IMG/VR virus record: IMGVR_UViG_3300020048_000058
Source: a virus
Length of the DNA stretch: 64,000 nt
Direction: 5' to 3' (one strand)
Both the position numbers and the translations under genes were made by a program. The notes beneath the pieces are model-generated. The model was not told the origin of the DNA, did not search any database, and worked only from the letters and a program-made list of their open reading frames with translations. Numbering within the stretch: position 1 is the first letter of the stretch; each line of letters starts with the position of its first letter. Shown one piece after another: positions 18,307 to 27,710 of the stretch.

Positions 18307-18638
18307 AAAACTAAAATAGGGGGAGTGAAGATAGTATTGCGGAGGTGGATATATTGCCTCCCGTAAGTTGTCAAAGACCAATCGTTCTCGGAGCCAGAAG
18401 GGGTAGAACTTCCTGGCCCGGATGCGATTCCCGTGACACTAGAGGCAATATCCGCCTGTTGAAACCAATCAATGCTGATTCGATGGGCAGCAATCAACAT
18501 AATTCCATCCGTTCTCTTGGGATCTGCCCAACCAGCACAGTAATTATTCTCGGCAAAGTTTAAACTGTATTGAATCACAGAAGATTCGACCACAGCGAAC
18601 TGAGGATAAACCGCTAAAAAATCGGAAGGGAGAACCAT
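18303..18638 (-). CDS. hypothetical virion protein (connector/adaptor position)
   Basis: 111-aa ORF in the packed head-completion gene string. Confidence 0.55.
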   Translation of the reverse strand: MVLPSDFLAVYPQFAVVESSVIQYSLNFAENNYCAGWADPKRTDGIMLIAAHRISIDWFQQADIASSVTGIASGPGSSTPSGSENDWSLTTYGRQYIHLRNTIFTPPILVL

Positions 18639-18641
18639 TTA

Positions 18642-19121
18642 TTACCCACGGATATTCATAGTATTAACCGATTTGATATTCTTGACTTGCTCCGCTATTG
18701 CCTTAGAAATAGCGGGACGATCTTCTCTTTTCTCGGATCGTTCTAACCAATCAATATCACTAGAATTGCGAATTAGATCTAGGGCATCTTTTTCAACATA
18801 ATCAAGGGTTGTTTCAGTAGGAAACTTCCCTTCCTCTAGGGTGGGAGAGATTACTCTGAATGCTCCGCAATTAACAAGCTGCAATCCGAGGGGATGCCGA
18901 ACAATATACTCATAGTCCTCGTCGGGAAGCTCCAAATTAGTCCCAGGCAGAATCCAACTCCCCCGTGTTTCCACCGCATCCAGGGAATTTTTCTTGGTTC
19001 CCCCACGATTAATAGGACGGGAAAAACGAATCGGCGAAGTGATAGCCTCCACTGATATTCCATAGGGAATGCGTGGATTGTGAGGATTTAGCTTTGGGTC
19101 AAAGATGATAGTTTTAGACAT
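18642..19121 (-). CDS. hypothetical virion protein immediately downstream of the capsid-like gene
   Basis: 159-aa ORF, 2 nt after the capsid-like ORF. Confidence 0.6.
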   Translation of the reverse strand: MSKTIIFDPKLNPHNPRIPYGISVEAITSPIRFSRPINRGGTKKNSLDAVETRGSWILPGTNLELPDEDYEYIVRHPLGLQLVNCGAFRVISPTLEEGKFPTETTLDYVEKDALDLIRNSSDIDWLERSEKREDRPAISKAIAEQVKNIKSVNTMNIRG

Positions 19122-19123
19122 TT

Positions 19124-20077
19124 TTATTCGGGCAATACTACAATGTGCATGGAGAATGGGCGTTTGAGGTCAATTCCCCCAAACTTAAACTTGGCACCAC
19201 GCCAGAAAGAATCAACACCAATGGGACGAGTATCAGTCCACTTTAATGGTTGATAAATCTTAGCAGAGACTTTTTTGGGATCTCGACGGAAAGCCTGAAT
19301 AAAGCGGGTAGGAGCCAAACCAATCGACTCTAAATATTCGGGAGCCATCTCGGACACCACACCGACTTCTTTGATGTTGGAGTTGACTTTTAAGAAGTGT
19401 TCTAACACCGTGCGATCTAATGCAGATGTGCCAATTTGAATGATATCCGAGGAGAGGTGTTCGTAAGTTTCCGAATCCATTAACAACGTGTCAGGCTTCT
19501 CTCGGTTATTGGTCAACCGAGTCGGAGCATTAACACAATCATTTAACACACTCAGCTTTTGCTGTGATGTTGCAGACCCGTTTAAAGGGAAGGGAGCATA
19601 AGACCGCAGGGCTTGGGGGTGATTCAAAAAACCGGGCATCCCTGTTTCTAAATCTCCGTTTGCCACCAACTGATTGATTTTTTGTTGTGCGGCTTCTTGA
19701 ATTGTCCAGATTTTGTCCTCCTCAATGCTCTCGCCCATTCGACTGACAGCCGCGATATCATCCTCGGAAACGCTATAACCTTGTCCCCATTTATGGATCG
19801 GCATCTTCATCTCGCCATAGACCAGTTCCACTTCGGGAAGGTCTGTGGTGTAGTTTCGGATTAATTTGAACTGCCCGACGTGACGGAGCCACCGATATCC
19901 CCAGGTTTTTGCCCAGGGCTTGTTTTGGATGTTGAGAGGGCAAATGACTCCAGCAGCGAAAGGATAGTCCGCAAGATCGAACTCCTTATCTACTTGAGCT
20001 TCTAAGTCCATCAGAGTGCCAAAGAACGTCCCGATTTCATCAGCATCCAACCTTGTAGTCCCGGAAAAGTTCATCAT
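19124..20077 (-). CDS. major capsid protein candidate (HK97-fold size class)
   Basis: 317 aa. It is the last gene of a scaffold/protease-like, decoration-like, capsid-like trio, and size and order are typical. I recall this trio (DUF1073-type portal, DUF2213, DUF2184-type capsid) from other phages. No search was run. Confidence 0.55.
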   Translation of the reverse strand: MMNFSGTTRLDADEIGTFFGTLMDLEAQVDKEFDLADYPFAAGVICPLNIQNKPWAKTWGYRWLRHVGQFKLIRNYTTDLPEVELVYGEMKMPIHKWGQGYSVSEDDIAAVSRMGESIEEDKIWTIQEAAQQKINQLVANGDLETGMPGFLNHPQALRSYAPFPLNGSATSQQKLSVLNDCVNAPTRLTNNREKPDTLLMDSETYEHLSSDIIQIGTSALDRTVLEHFLKVNSNIKEVGVVSEMAPEYLESIGLAPTRFIQAFRRDPKKVSAKIYQPLKWTDTRPIGVDSFWRGAKFKFGGIDLKRPFSMHIVVLPE

Positions 20078-20096
20078 AGTTTAAGTTCTTTCTATA

Positions 20097-20927
20097 TTAA
20101 GGAACATTGAAGCCGATTAAAACGCACACCGCGCCAGTGCTAGTGACCACAGGGGAACATTTGAACTCAGCCTTCGCGGAGATATTAATTGTACCACTTG
20201 TCACTTTTGTTGCTTTCCCCTCGTGTCCCGCAGCAACAGAGACGTAGACGGCATCATTGATTGTGATATCCGTCTCGACACATTCAACCCAGATCCCTGA
20301 CGATTCCCCCGTCCGGTCAACCACGTCCATCACATCCTGATAGGGGTAAGTTGTCCCACTATAGTTTGCACCTTGATAAATCAAAGGTTGCATTTCGATG
20401 TCTTTGACGATTCGAGTAATCCCTAGGATTACGTCAGTGGTAGCAGTAGGAAGTCCTGCAACTTTGGGGTCGGTTTCGGTGTTTGCTCTGGCAACAAACC
20501 GACCGAATGGTACGGGGAGAGGAATAATCATCGCCGTGGTTACAGTTGCCGTTAAACTAGCACCAGTAACTACCAGGATGTTCTCGATACCATATTCCAG
20601 TGCCGTGAATAGCACGTTATTCCCACTAACACTTGCAATCCCCCGTCGCCCAAAAGCAGGGTTTACTCGGATTGCATTCAATAAACCAGCTTGCAGTTCC
20701 GCTTGAGTAGCACTAGCATCGGTTGTAAAACGTGCCGTGCCTAGTCCATTGTTTAACCTGACGGTATATACAGTGCTAGAAGCAGGGGAGGCAGGAATCG
20801 CCAAAGTCCAGACCTCTTTAACAGCATTCTTTACAGAAACAAGGGCTTTGACTCTCGGAAAATTAATAGATCCCTCGCCCATGCCAGGAGTCGCCCGATC
20901 AAATTGAAGATTGTAGTTGTACCGCAT
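20097..20927 (-). CDS. capsid-associated structural protein (decoration-like)
   Basis: 276 aa, Ala/Thr/Val-rich and beta-rich in composition. It sits between the scaffold-like and capsid-like genes, and its start overlaps the upstream stop. Confidence 0.45.
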   Translation of the reverse strand: MRYNYNLQFDRATPGMGEGSINFPRVKALVSVKNAVKEVWTLAIPASPASSTVYTVRLNNGLGTARFTTDASATQAELQAGLLNAIRVNPAFGRRGIASVSGNNVLFTALEYGIENILVVTGASLTATVTTAMIIPLPVPFGRFVARANTETDPKVAGLPTATTDVILGITRIVKDIEMQPLIYQGANYSGTTYPYQDVMDVVDRTGESSGIWVECVETDITINDAVYVSVAAGHEGKATKVTSGTINISAKAEFKCSPVVTSTGAVCVLIGFNVP

Positions 20928-22480
20928 TATCTAGTAACCCCCATGCGTGTTTTTCCTATCGTTAAAGGCTGCTTATAGGCGTGCACCCGTCGTCTTTCCC
21001 CTTCGGTGAGTTCATCTCCGTAGGTAGATTGAGCAGGTCTTTTGAGTATCGAATCAAGGCGATGGGAGAACTCCTCTGAGTCTCCATCGTCTCCATCGTC
21101 TCTATCTTCTTCCTCCTCGTCATCCCCTTCTTCTTTATCACCTGGATCGGTAGAAGAAGAATCACGATTCTCCTGAACGTAGGCAAAAACCCCGTCTACA
21201 TAAGAATCGGATCGAAACGTCAAGTCCATATTGGGTTCGATTTCAGCTAACAAAGTGCGTTTGATGTCGCTAGTAGAGAAGCTACTATCAAACCGAGCGT
21301 CAGAGAACCCTGGCAACAAACTGTCGGCTTCCTTCCATATCGCCAAAAGATCCCCGACCGAATCACCCCGACAAGCACTCTCATCTTCATCGTTGCTATC
21401 AACACGAGGCTTGGACTTTTTTTTCTTTTTGGAAGTCGTAGTTTCTTCTTCCTCTGCAACACCCCATTCTTCCATCATTTCTTCTTCTTCATTGTCCTCC
21501 TCTTCCATCATTTCTTCTTCTTCCATCATTTCTTCTTCTTCGGGAGCAGGGGGCATCATTTTCTTTTTGCCTCCGTCAACGCGGACATACTGCCCCATGT
21601 CATTCCGGTAATAACCTAATTCACCAAGGACATTATCGGCATTGTCTACGATGATTTCCAGGTTATCTAACCGGAACTGGTAATTTTCCCGTGCGGCTTC
21701 TAGCTTCCGGTTCTCCCGACTCGTAGTATCAAACCGTGTAACAAGCGAATCGTGGCGCTCCTTTAATTCTTTCAATTCACGGAATCGAGTACCGCTAATA
21801 GAAGCGAAAGATTCAGGGATTCCTGAATACTCAACTCCATCGCATCTAACTATTGCCATACGCTGTTCATTATCTCCATTATCATTGGTTTTGTTAGGGT
21901 TACTAGGGTTTTCGACAGCTTGCCCTGCGACAGCTTGCCCAATCCCCGCAGCACTATCTAATCGGAGGCGAACATCTGCCCCTGCCCTTCCTCGGCTCGT
22001 CAAAGCCAAATGGTTGGCACGGACATTAATCTGTTCCCTGTCATAGTGTTGCCCATTCCACACCCCTTCCCCTTGCTTGATGTCGCAGGTATATCCAGCA
22101 GATAGTTGTTCCTTTTCCCTTGCATCAATTAGGGCGATCGCCTTAGCATCAAAAAACGACACCAAGCCTTTGATCACCCCTTCAGTCTTGTCATAACAAG
22201 CAGAAGAATCAGTCATCCCTACCGTATAATCCTTGTAGCTTTCGCTATTAAGAAGTCCAACATAGGGATGTTCTATCACCAGGGGGAGGAGTTTGAAACT
22301 CTCTACTGTGGCCAGTTCTGCATTGGTTTCCGGTCTCCTGAGTTCGTGGACTATGGAGCCATCAGGCTGACGATACTCCAACACCCCGTCACAACAAAAA
22401 GACCCCTCACAATGGAGACGACCATCCTCAGTTCTTATTACCCTAAATTTAGTTGGAGCATCGAGCCTGATTTCAACCAT
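20927..22480 (-). CDS. prohead scaffold/protease-like protein (DUF2213-like N-terminus) with an extreme acidic Met/Glu low-complexity core
   Basis: 517 aa. The N-terminal 170 aa (…EGSFCCDGVLEYRQPDG…LLPLVIEHP…LSAGYTCD…NHLALTSRGRAG) resembles the conserved phage DUF2213 family as I remember it. The middle has EEEEMMEEEEMMEEEDNEEEEMMEE followed by a KKKKKSK patch. Confidence 0.5.
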   Translation of the reverse strand: MVEIRLDAPTKFRVIRTEDGRLHCEGSFCCDGVLEYRQPDGSIVHELRRPETNAELATVESFKLLPLVIEHPYVGLLNSESYKDYTVGMTDSSACYDKTEGVIKGLVSFFDAKAIALIDAREKEQLSAGYTCDIKQGEGVWNGQHYDREQINVRANHLALTSRGRAGADVRLRLDSAAGIGQAVAGQAVENPSNPNKTNDNGDNEQRMAIVRCDGVEYSGIPESFASISGTRFRELKELKERHDSLVTRFDTTSRENRKLEAARENYQFRLDNLEIIVDNADNVLGELGYYRNDMGQYVRVDGGKKKMMPPAPEEEEMMEEEEMMEEEDNEEEEMMEEWGVAEEEETTTSKKKKKSKPRVDSNDEDESACRGDSVGDLLAIWKEADSLLPGFSDARFDSSFSTSDIKRTLLAEIEPNMDLTFRSDSYVDGVFAYVQENRDSSSTDPGDKEEGDDEEEEDRDDGDDGDSEEFSHRLDSILKRPAQSTYGDELTEGERRRVHAYKQPLTIGKTRMGVTR

Positions 22481-22612
22481 TTCTCAATACAAAAAACAAA
22501 TAATTCTTTTTAAATAATAACGCACCCTATCAGTCATTTGAAGATGGTGTAAAAAAATAATTTCTATACAAGAAAATAGACTAAAATTAAATCAATGATT
22601 TAGATATAAATA

Positions 22613-22987
22613 ATGACTATTACAAAAAGAGAGTACCCTTCTAAGAAAACGTTAGGATCTGGTGCATTGGCTCCCTATCGCGCTCTCGGTCGGTCAATTC
22701 GACGGGATCTTATAAATGCAAATCTTGGGATGATGGAATTTAGCGAGAAAAGTGGGTGGGACTGGCAGACAATTCGGAGGATTTTAATGGGGGAGCGGCG
22801 GACGGATTTTATAGAACTGTTGATTATTGCTTTGTTAATTTCTGAGGATCAATCGGAAACGGAAAGACTGATCCTCACCTGGACTAAGGAAACTTTGAAG
22901 ATTATTGAGGAAGGAATCCCCCAAGAAATTAACCCAGGTCTTGTCGATAATCTTGTCGAGATTAACGAAGAGAGCCCTTTAGAATAG
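22613..22987 (+). CDS. HTH (XRE/Cro-like) regulator candidate
   Basis: 124 aa. The segment LINANLGMMEFSEKSGWDWQTIRRILMGERR has a helix-turn-helix pattern. It is the only plus-strand gene in the block and diverges from the head operon. Confidence 0.45.
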   Translation: MTITKREYPSKKTLGSGALAPYRALGRSIRRDLINANLGMMEFSEKSGWDWQTIRRILMGERRTDFIELLIIALLISEDQSETERLILTWTKETLKIIEEGIPQEINPGLVDNLVEINEESPLE

Positions 22988-23381
22988 CAATAATCTCCTG
23001 ACGATTCCGTTGGCTTACTCCTAAAAATTGACGTTTAGGCATTTTCTTGGTGCCATTTTGCAAATAGGAGCCATAAGGTAATGGAGTCCCTACCTCAACC
23101 CTTCCTTTTTCAATCCGATATCGAATAGAAGATCGCAACAATCCTTGGCGTTGTAGTATTTGCATAATAAAACCCCGACTAGCCTTGTATTTAAGGGTTG
23201 ATGGGGCTAGGTGTTCCCATTTCTCCCCATAAGGACTCTGTTCCTTCTGGAAGTTCTCATCGGTTGATGCCACCATAAACTGCCCGACTTTATGCAGTTC
23301 AGGTGTGAGGTTCTGAAACTTTCTGATTAATTTATTGAGGTAATTTTGGACTTGGTTAGCAACGAATTTTAGGGATAGCAT
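22962..23381 (-). CDS. virion morphogenesis protein (Mu gpG / HK97 gp10-like)
   Basis: 139 aa. The segment SIRYRIEKGRVEVGTPLPYGSYLQNGTKKMPKRQFLGVS matches the family signature V.VGT..PYA..HQ.G....P.R.FLG as I remember it. Confidence 0.6.
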   Translation of the reverse strand: MLSLKFVANQVQNYLNKLIRKFQNLTPELHKVGQFMVASTDENFQKEQSPYGEKWEHLAPSTLKYKASRGFIMQILQRQGLLRSSIRYRIEKGRVEVGTPLPYGSYLQNGTKKMPKRQFLGVSQRNRQEIIAILKGSLR

Positions 23382-23403
23382 GGGGTTAAGAGTAGAATAT
23401 ATC
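23355..23403 (-). repeat. 49-bp direct repeat, copy 1 (promoter-proximal region + first 9 codons of the morphogenesis gene)
   Basis: GTTAGCAACGAATTTTAGGGATAGCATGGGGTTAAGAGTAGAATATATC. It recurs at 26978-27026 with 3 mismatches (GGGATAG versus GAGTTAG). Confidence 0.9.
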
Positions 23404-23465
23404 TGACTTCAGTATAACGAAACAAAAAAGGAGGCTTTAACACATGGAAACGTCCGAAACATCTA

Positions 23466-26400
23466 CTAACCTTGCGATCGCACCTCTTGAACTTTTATCG
23501 CCTTTTGTTTTATCGCCTTTTGTTTTATTGACTTTTGTTTTACTGCCTTCTGGGGTTGAGTAACTTCAGGCTTTAAGTCGTTAGGGGAACTATCAGAATC
23601 ATCTACTTTATAGCGTTTACCATCTCGGATGACGTGGGAAATCTCATCAAGAGTAGCCACACCTTCAACATCGTAAGGCTTCCCGTTTAAAGAGGTTCCT
23701 CTATTTCTAACTTTTACATTTTTAATATTAACTTTTAAAACTTCCCCTCCATCCGCAATTTTATAATCAGACGGATTACTCAATCTTTCTGAAACGTAAG
23801 ACTTAACAAAGAGTTTATCCCCAGGATTTAATGTTTTTCTTAAATCCTTGCTTGGTACACTTCCAGACAACGGCGGCGGAACATCCTTCGTTTTCATCAC
23901 GCCTTTTAATTTATCGTAATCCTTTTCGTAATCAGGGCTATCATAATATTCATGCTCTTTATAGCCTTTTTCTTTCATCTTATTAAGAACATAAACCCTC
24001 GCCTCTCCTTCTGTTTCATAGTCCCCTTTTATTGCTTTTTTTCGTCTCTCATTTATAAAGTCTTCATTATCAACAACAGGCTTAAATCTATCGACTTGCG
24101 ATTGATAATGACTTTCGTACCCTTTTGGAACAGTATTATTTTTTATTGCAGTCGAATATTCGTTATAATTATCTCTGTGAAAATCAGGAAGCCCCCGCAT
24201 TAATGCCATAGATACTTCTTCCTCTGCTCTTTTAGGATCTTTCGACTTAGCAATAATATCCTTATATTGCTGATCAACCGATTTCTCGGCTTTTTCTTTT
24301 GCATCTCTAGCATCCCGTGCAGCAACTTCTTCTTCTGCACCTTGTTTTGTCATCCCATACTGAGCCTGTACTATTCCAACTTTAACTGCGTGTAATTGTT
24401 CGTTATTTAGATCCTTGTTTTTTAAGTCTACTGATTTGATTAAATCAGTCATTTCTACTGCACTATTTTCAGCCTGTTTGAGTGTTTCATCCATCTCTCG
24501 ATAGCCGTATTTAAACGTATGGAATCGCAAGCCATTAGGAATATGTGTTACTGCATAGCCATCTATCGTGTCTGTCTGTTTTCCTGTCCACTGTTCTGCT
24601 CTATAGTTAGGGTGAATAGCTAAATCTCCCCTTGCCATAGCCTCTATCTTGGCTTCACCCGCCCCTGTTTGTATGGTTATTTCTGACTTTTTAAAACCCT
24701 TTTTCTCTAATCTTTTTACCAATAATTCCGGTACGGGTTTCATTTTTGATTCAGTTTTAATATTTTTAATATCTATTTTGCCACGATCACCAGGTTCCTC
24801 TACCCCTGTTGAATTTGGGGATGGTTTGGGTAGCTTTCCACTATCAATCATTGAATTGATATCGTCAATGTTAACGATTTGGGATTTGCCCTGAGTGATT
24901 TCTTTAACTAACCTTTTTGCTCTATTTTCTTTTTCTTTATCATTTTTAGCAAAAAGACTAAACGACATAGTACCATCGGATTTGTGCAGCGTGAGTTGTC
25001 TTTTTTCTCCATCATAACTGTCTGACACTTTTGCACCCACGATGACATCTTCCTTGCCATTAGATGATGTAACTTTCCAGGGAATACCAGTAACATCATT
25101 GTGAGCGGTTATATCCTCAGATTTGCCAGAGTAACGCCTTTTAGCATTCTCAGACCTCCATCCTTCAGACAATCCCATACCTTTTTCTAATTCAATTTTA
25201 TCGGGTTGTTTATTGTTATATTCCTGTTGTTCTTTAGTTGGCGAATTAGCTGAACGTTTCGCAATATAGTCAACTGTAGCAACATTTTTAAAATCTACAG
25301 CAACACGATAATCTGAGCTAGTTTTTTTAGTTTTTTTAACTAATTCCTCAGCCTCTAATAAAGCCTTTCCTTCTGGGGTGTTTGAATCTATAAACAACTT
25401 ATACCCCGCACCACCAAGGTATTCTCTATTAAGCGTGTATTTGGTTTCCCCTTTTTCGTACTGTTCCGCCAGAAAATCCGTAGCTTCTTTTTCAGTTAGT
25501 TTTTTTGACGTTCCGCCCTGTCTAGCTGACAGTTTTGGATCGTTTAATAGATACATCCCCCTGTCATGTTGCAATCTGTATCTCTCTTTTTCGTTAAGCA
25601 ATATCTGTCCAGACTTAACCTTTCCTATATCTGCGATCGCTCTTTCAGACATGGCGGAATTTGGGGATGGTTTAGGGTCTGATTTAGTTTCTAGCTTAGA
25701 TTTGTACTTATCAGATAGAAAATCTACGGCTTCTTTTTCTGTTAGCTTTTTCGCGTACAACCTCCCACCCTGTTGAACCGATATGTTTGGATTGCTTAAA
25801 CTAAATAGTTTATCGTTCCCTCCTGATGTTGACAATCTATATCCTTCTTTTGGATTAAGCAATATCTGTCCAGACTTGATTCTCTCTATATCTGAGATCG
25901 CTCTTTTGACTGCATCAGAATCGGGCGTCGGTTTTGCGATTGCTCTTTGTGCTACAGAGGGAATAGGGGCTGGCTTGGGTTCGGGTGTTGGTTTTGCGAT
26001 CGCCTCAACTTCCGGTGTCACCGTCACAACATCTGGTTTTGGTTGAGCTTTCTGCAACTTCTCAACCCGTGTCATCACATCATTGGCAAATTTTTCGGCT
26101 TGCTCTCTTTTCTTGAATCTATGACTCGGAGCCATGTTGCCATTTGGGGGTTCTCTCAGTACGTCCCCATTCTTATTGATAACTTGCCAACCCAAAACGG
26201 GATCGGCGGTTAATTTTAAATCTCTATAGGAATCAAGGTCGTCTGTTAGGTTAACTGATTTTTTGCCAATTTTTAAAGCGAGTTTTAACGGGGTGAGGGT
26301 ATATTTGTCTTCGGATGGCTGTTTTACAATGTCGGTGACGGGGACTTCTGTTTTATTGGGAATGGGGGTGACTTGCTTGATTTCTTCCGGTGGCTTTGGA

Positions 26401-26924
26401 GTTAACTTATTACCCTCTTGCTTCTTGGTTGGATCATCCTGAACGGCTTTAAATTTCCCTGCCATCGCCTTAACCTTGTCTATCTTTTCCTGAGATGGTT
26501 TATCGGTGGGATCTGATTTGCAGTTCTTATTCAACCCGATGCAAGCCTTCCCGCAGTTATAGGAGGTATTGCCACACTTAGGTTTTTCTTTCCTCTTGGT
26601 TTTAGCTGCGTCATACCGATAGGTGTACCCTTTAGAAAATTCTTCCCATGCCACTAGATCGATATCCGCGCTGTCTATTCTTTTCTGGGTAAACGGCTTA
26701 AAACTTATGGAGTCATCAATCTCAAATTCAAATATACGGAGTCGGGAAGCATCCTTAAATCTACCCTTGATCACATTCCTGTTGCCTACCTCAAAATCAA
26801 CGACAATTACGGGGGAGTTGTAAGCAAATGGAAGGGATAGGACTTGCGCGATCGCTAACTTCATCTGAACTTCGGTGGGAGCCGCGTTAGATTGGTTTAC
26901 TTTAATAGCGGGAGTTGTAATCAT
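23466..26924 (-). CDS. giant effector-family paralog (1152 aa): N-terminal module + 4-Cys motif + long multi-domain body of unknown function
   Basis: N-terminal module: APTEVQMKLAIAQVLSLPFAYNSPVIVVDFE...GRFKDASRLRIFEFEI. Cys motif: KCGNTSYNCGKACIGLNKNC. There is an internal ~80-aa duplicated domain (…IKSGQILLN.KE.YRL…KKLTEKEA.DFL…). The C-terminal ~330 aa is homologous to the C-terminus of 28299..31187 and ends in a KQK(S/A)IKQK repeat. Confidence 0.8.
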   Translation of the reverse strand: MITTPAIKVNQSNAAPTEVQMKLAIAQVLSLPFAYNSPVIVVDFEVGNRNVIKGRFKDASRLRIFEFEIDDSISFKPFTQKRIDSADIDLVAWEEFSKGYTYRYDAAKTKRKEKPKCGNTSYNCGKACIGLNKNCKSDPTDKPSQEKIDKVKAMAGKFKAVQDDPTKKQEGNKLTPKPPEEIKQVTPIPNKTEVPVTDIVKQPSEDKYTLTPLKLALKIGKKSVNLTDDLDSYRDLKLTADPVLGWQVINKNGDVLREPPNGNMAPSHRFKKREQAEKFANDVMTRVEKLQKAQPKPDVVTVTPEVEAIAKPTPEPKPAPIPSVAQRAIAKPTPDSDAVKRAISDIERIKSGQILLNPKEGYRLSTSGGNDKLFSLSNPNISVQQGGRLYAKKLTEKEAVDFLSDKYKSKLETKSDPKPSPNSAMSERAIADIGKVKSGQILLNEKERYRLQHDRGMYLLNDPKLSARQGGTSKKLTEKEATDFLAEQYEKGETKYTLNREYLGGAGYKLFIDSNTPEGKALLEAEELVKKTKKTSSDYRVAVDFKNVATVDYIAKRSANSPTKEQQEYNNKQPDKIELEKGMGLSEGWRSENAKRRYSGKSEDITAHNDVTGIPWKVTSSNGKEDVIVGAKVSDSYDGEKRQLTLHKSDGTMSFSLFAKNDKEKENRAKRLVKEITQGKSQIVNIDDINSMIDSGKLPKPSPNSTGVEEPGDRGKIDIKNIKTESKMKPVPELLVKRLEKKGFKKSEITIQTGAGEAKIEAMARGDLAIHPNYRAEQWTGKQTDTIDGYAVTHIPNGLRFHTFKYGYREMDETLKQAENSAVEMTDLIKSVDLKNKDLNNEQLHAVKVGIVQAQYGMTKQGAEEEVAARDARDAKEKAEKSVDQQYKDIIAKSKDPKRAEEEVSMALMRGLPDFHRDNYNEYSTAIKNNTVPKGYESHYQSQVDRFKPVVDNEDFINERRKKAIKGDYETEGEARVYVLNKMKEKGYKEHEYYDSPDYEKDYDKLKGVMKTKDVPPPLSGSVPSKDLRKTLNPGDKLFVKSYVSERLSNPSDYKIADGGEVLKVNIKNVKVRNRGTSLNGKPYDVEGVATLDEISHVIRDGKRYKVDDSDSSPNDLKPEVTQPQKAVKQKSIKQKAIKQKAIKVQEVRSQG

Positions 26925-26977
26925 AATATGAATTAATTTAATTTACTAATCTTCTTAGTTTACCAATCTTTGGAGCC

Positions 26978-27026
26978 GTTAGCAACGAATTTTAGAGTTA
27001 GCATGGGGTTAAGAGTAGAATATATC
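26978..27026 (-). repeat. 49-bp direct repeat, copy 2
   Basis: GTTAGCAACGAATTTTAGAGTTAGCATGGGGTTAAGAGTAGAATATATC. With copy 1 it brackets exactly the 1152-aa gene. Confidence 0.9.
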
Positions 27027-27056
27027 CCATACTAACCTGTTAAACAAATTTGATGT

Positions 27057-27584
27057 TTAGCCCTCTAACAGAAACTGCTCTTGTTCTCTGATTACTCTCC
27101 AATCATCGTTGTTTGCATCGAGGGCTTCTTGTAAGTCTTCCATAGTCCATTTACTATAGTGGACTATTTTCTCCAACAGAAAGTCCAACGATTGCCGGGT
27201 GAAGACTTTTTCCAATATGTCATCCAACCCCGTCTCGGCAAACGCAGCCAACAAAATAATGGAATCTTGATTATTGTTAACTACTGCATCCCATGTGATT
27301 AACTTCGTAAAGTCTCTGGATGAGATGGTCTTGCTTCGTGTCGCACCTCTGGCTATCTTAACCTCAGTGTCTTTTGTGCGACCTGTGAAACCCATACCCT
27401 GTAGCTCTTTGAGGGCTTTAGACTCCGTTTTCTGCAACCTGCCCAAATACTCTTTACCGTGTCCAATGGCAATACTCGCGCCACCAATTCCGATCCGTTT
27501 CTCCCCATCAGGGAACAAATAACAGTCAATATTTCTGTTGCCTAATACCATTTCGGCACGGATTGATCGTATAATGTCTGACAT
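27057..27584 (-). CDS. hypothetical protein, paralog of ORF 51382..51900
   Basis: 175 aa. It is alignable over its full length with the 172-aa ORF at 51382 (…YLFPDGEKRIGIGGASIAIGHGK versus YLLPDGEFRVGKVGAAIAVGYGK; …DWRVIREQEQFLL versus DWELIAEQERFLL). Confidence 0.7.
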   Translation of the reverse strand: MSDIIRSIRAEMVLGNRNIDCYLFPDGEKRIGIGGASIAIGHGKEYLGRLQKTESKALKELQGMGFTGRTKDTEVKIARGATRSKTISSRDFTKLITWDAVVNNNQDSIILLAAFAETGLDDILEKVFTRQSLDFLLEKIVHYSKWTMEDLQEALDANNDDWRVIREQEQFLLEG

Positions 27585-27618
27585 GGTGAACCATCTCCTT
27601 GAAAGCGTTGGTTTACAA

Positions 27619-27650
27619 GCCTCTCGTAGTGCGTAAACACCGCGAGAGGC
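27619..27650 (-). promoter_or_regulatory. conserved two-tier hairpin in the 5' leader of ORF 27057..27584
   Basis: On the minus strand the sequence reads GCCTCTCG-C-GGTG-TTTACG-CACT-A-CGAGAGGC. The same architecture, with compensatory changes, occurs at 51325-51354 upstream of the paralog. Confidence 0.6.
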
Positions 27651-27710
27651 AATTATTATTAAATTATATCATTTTTACTTTGGACGAACAGAAAATAAAT
27701 TTGTCCTTGA

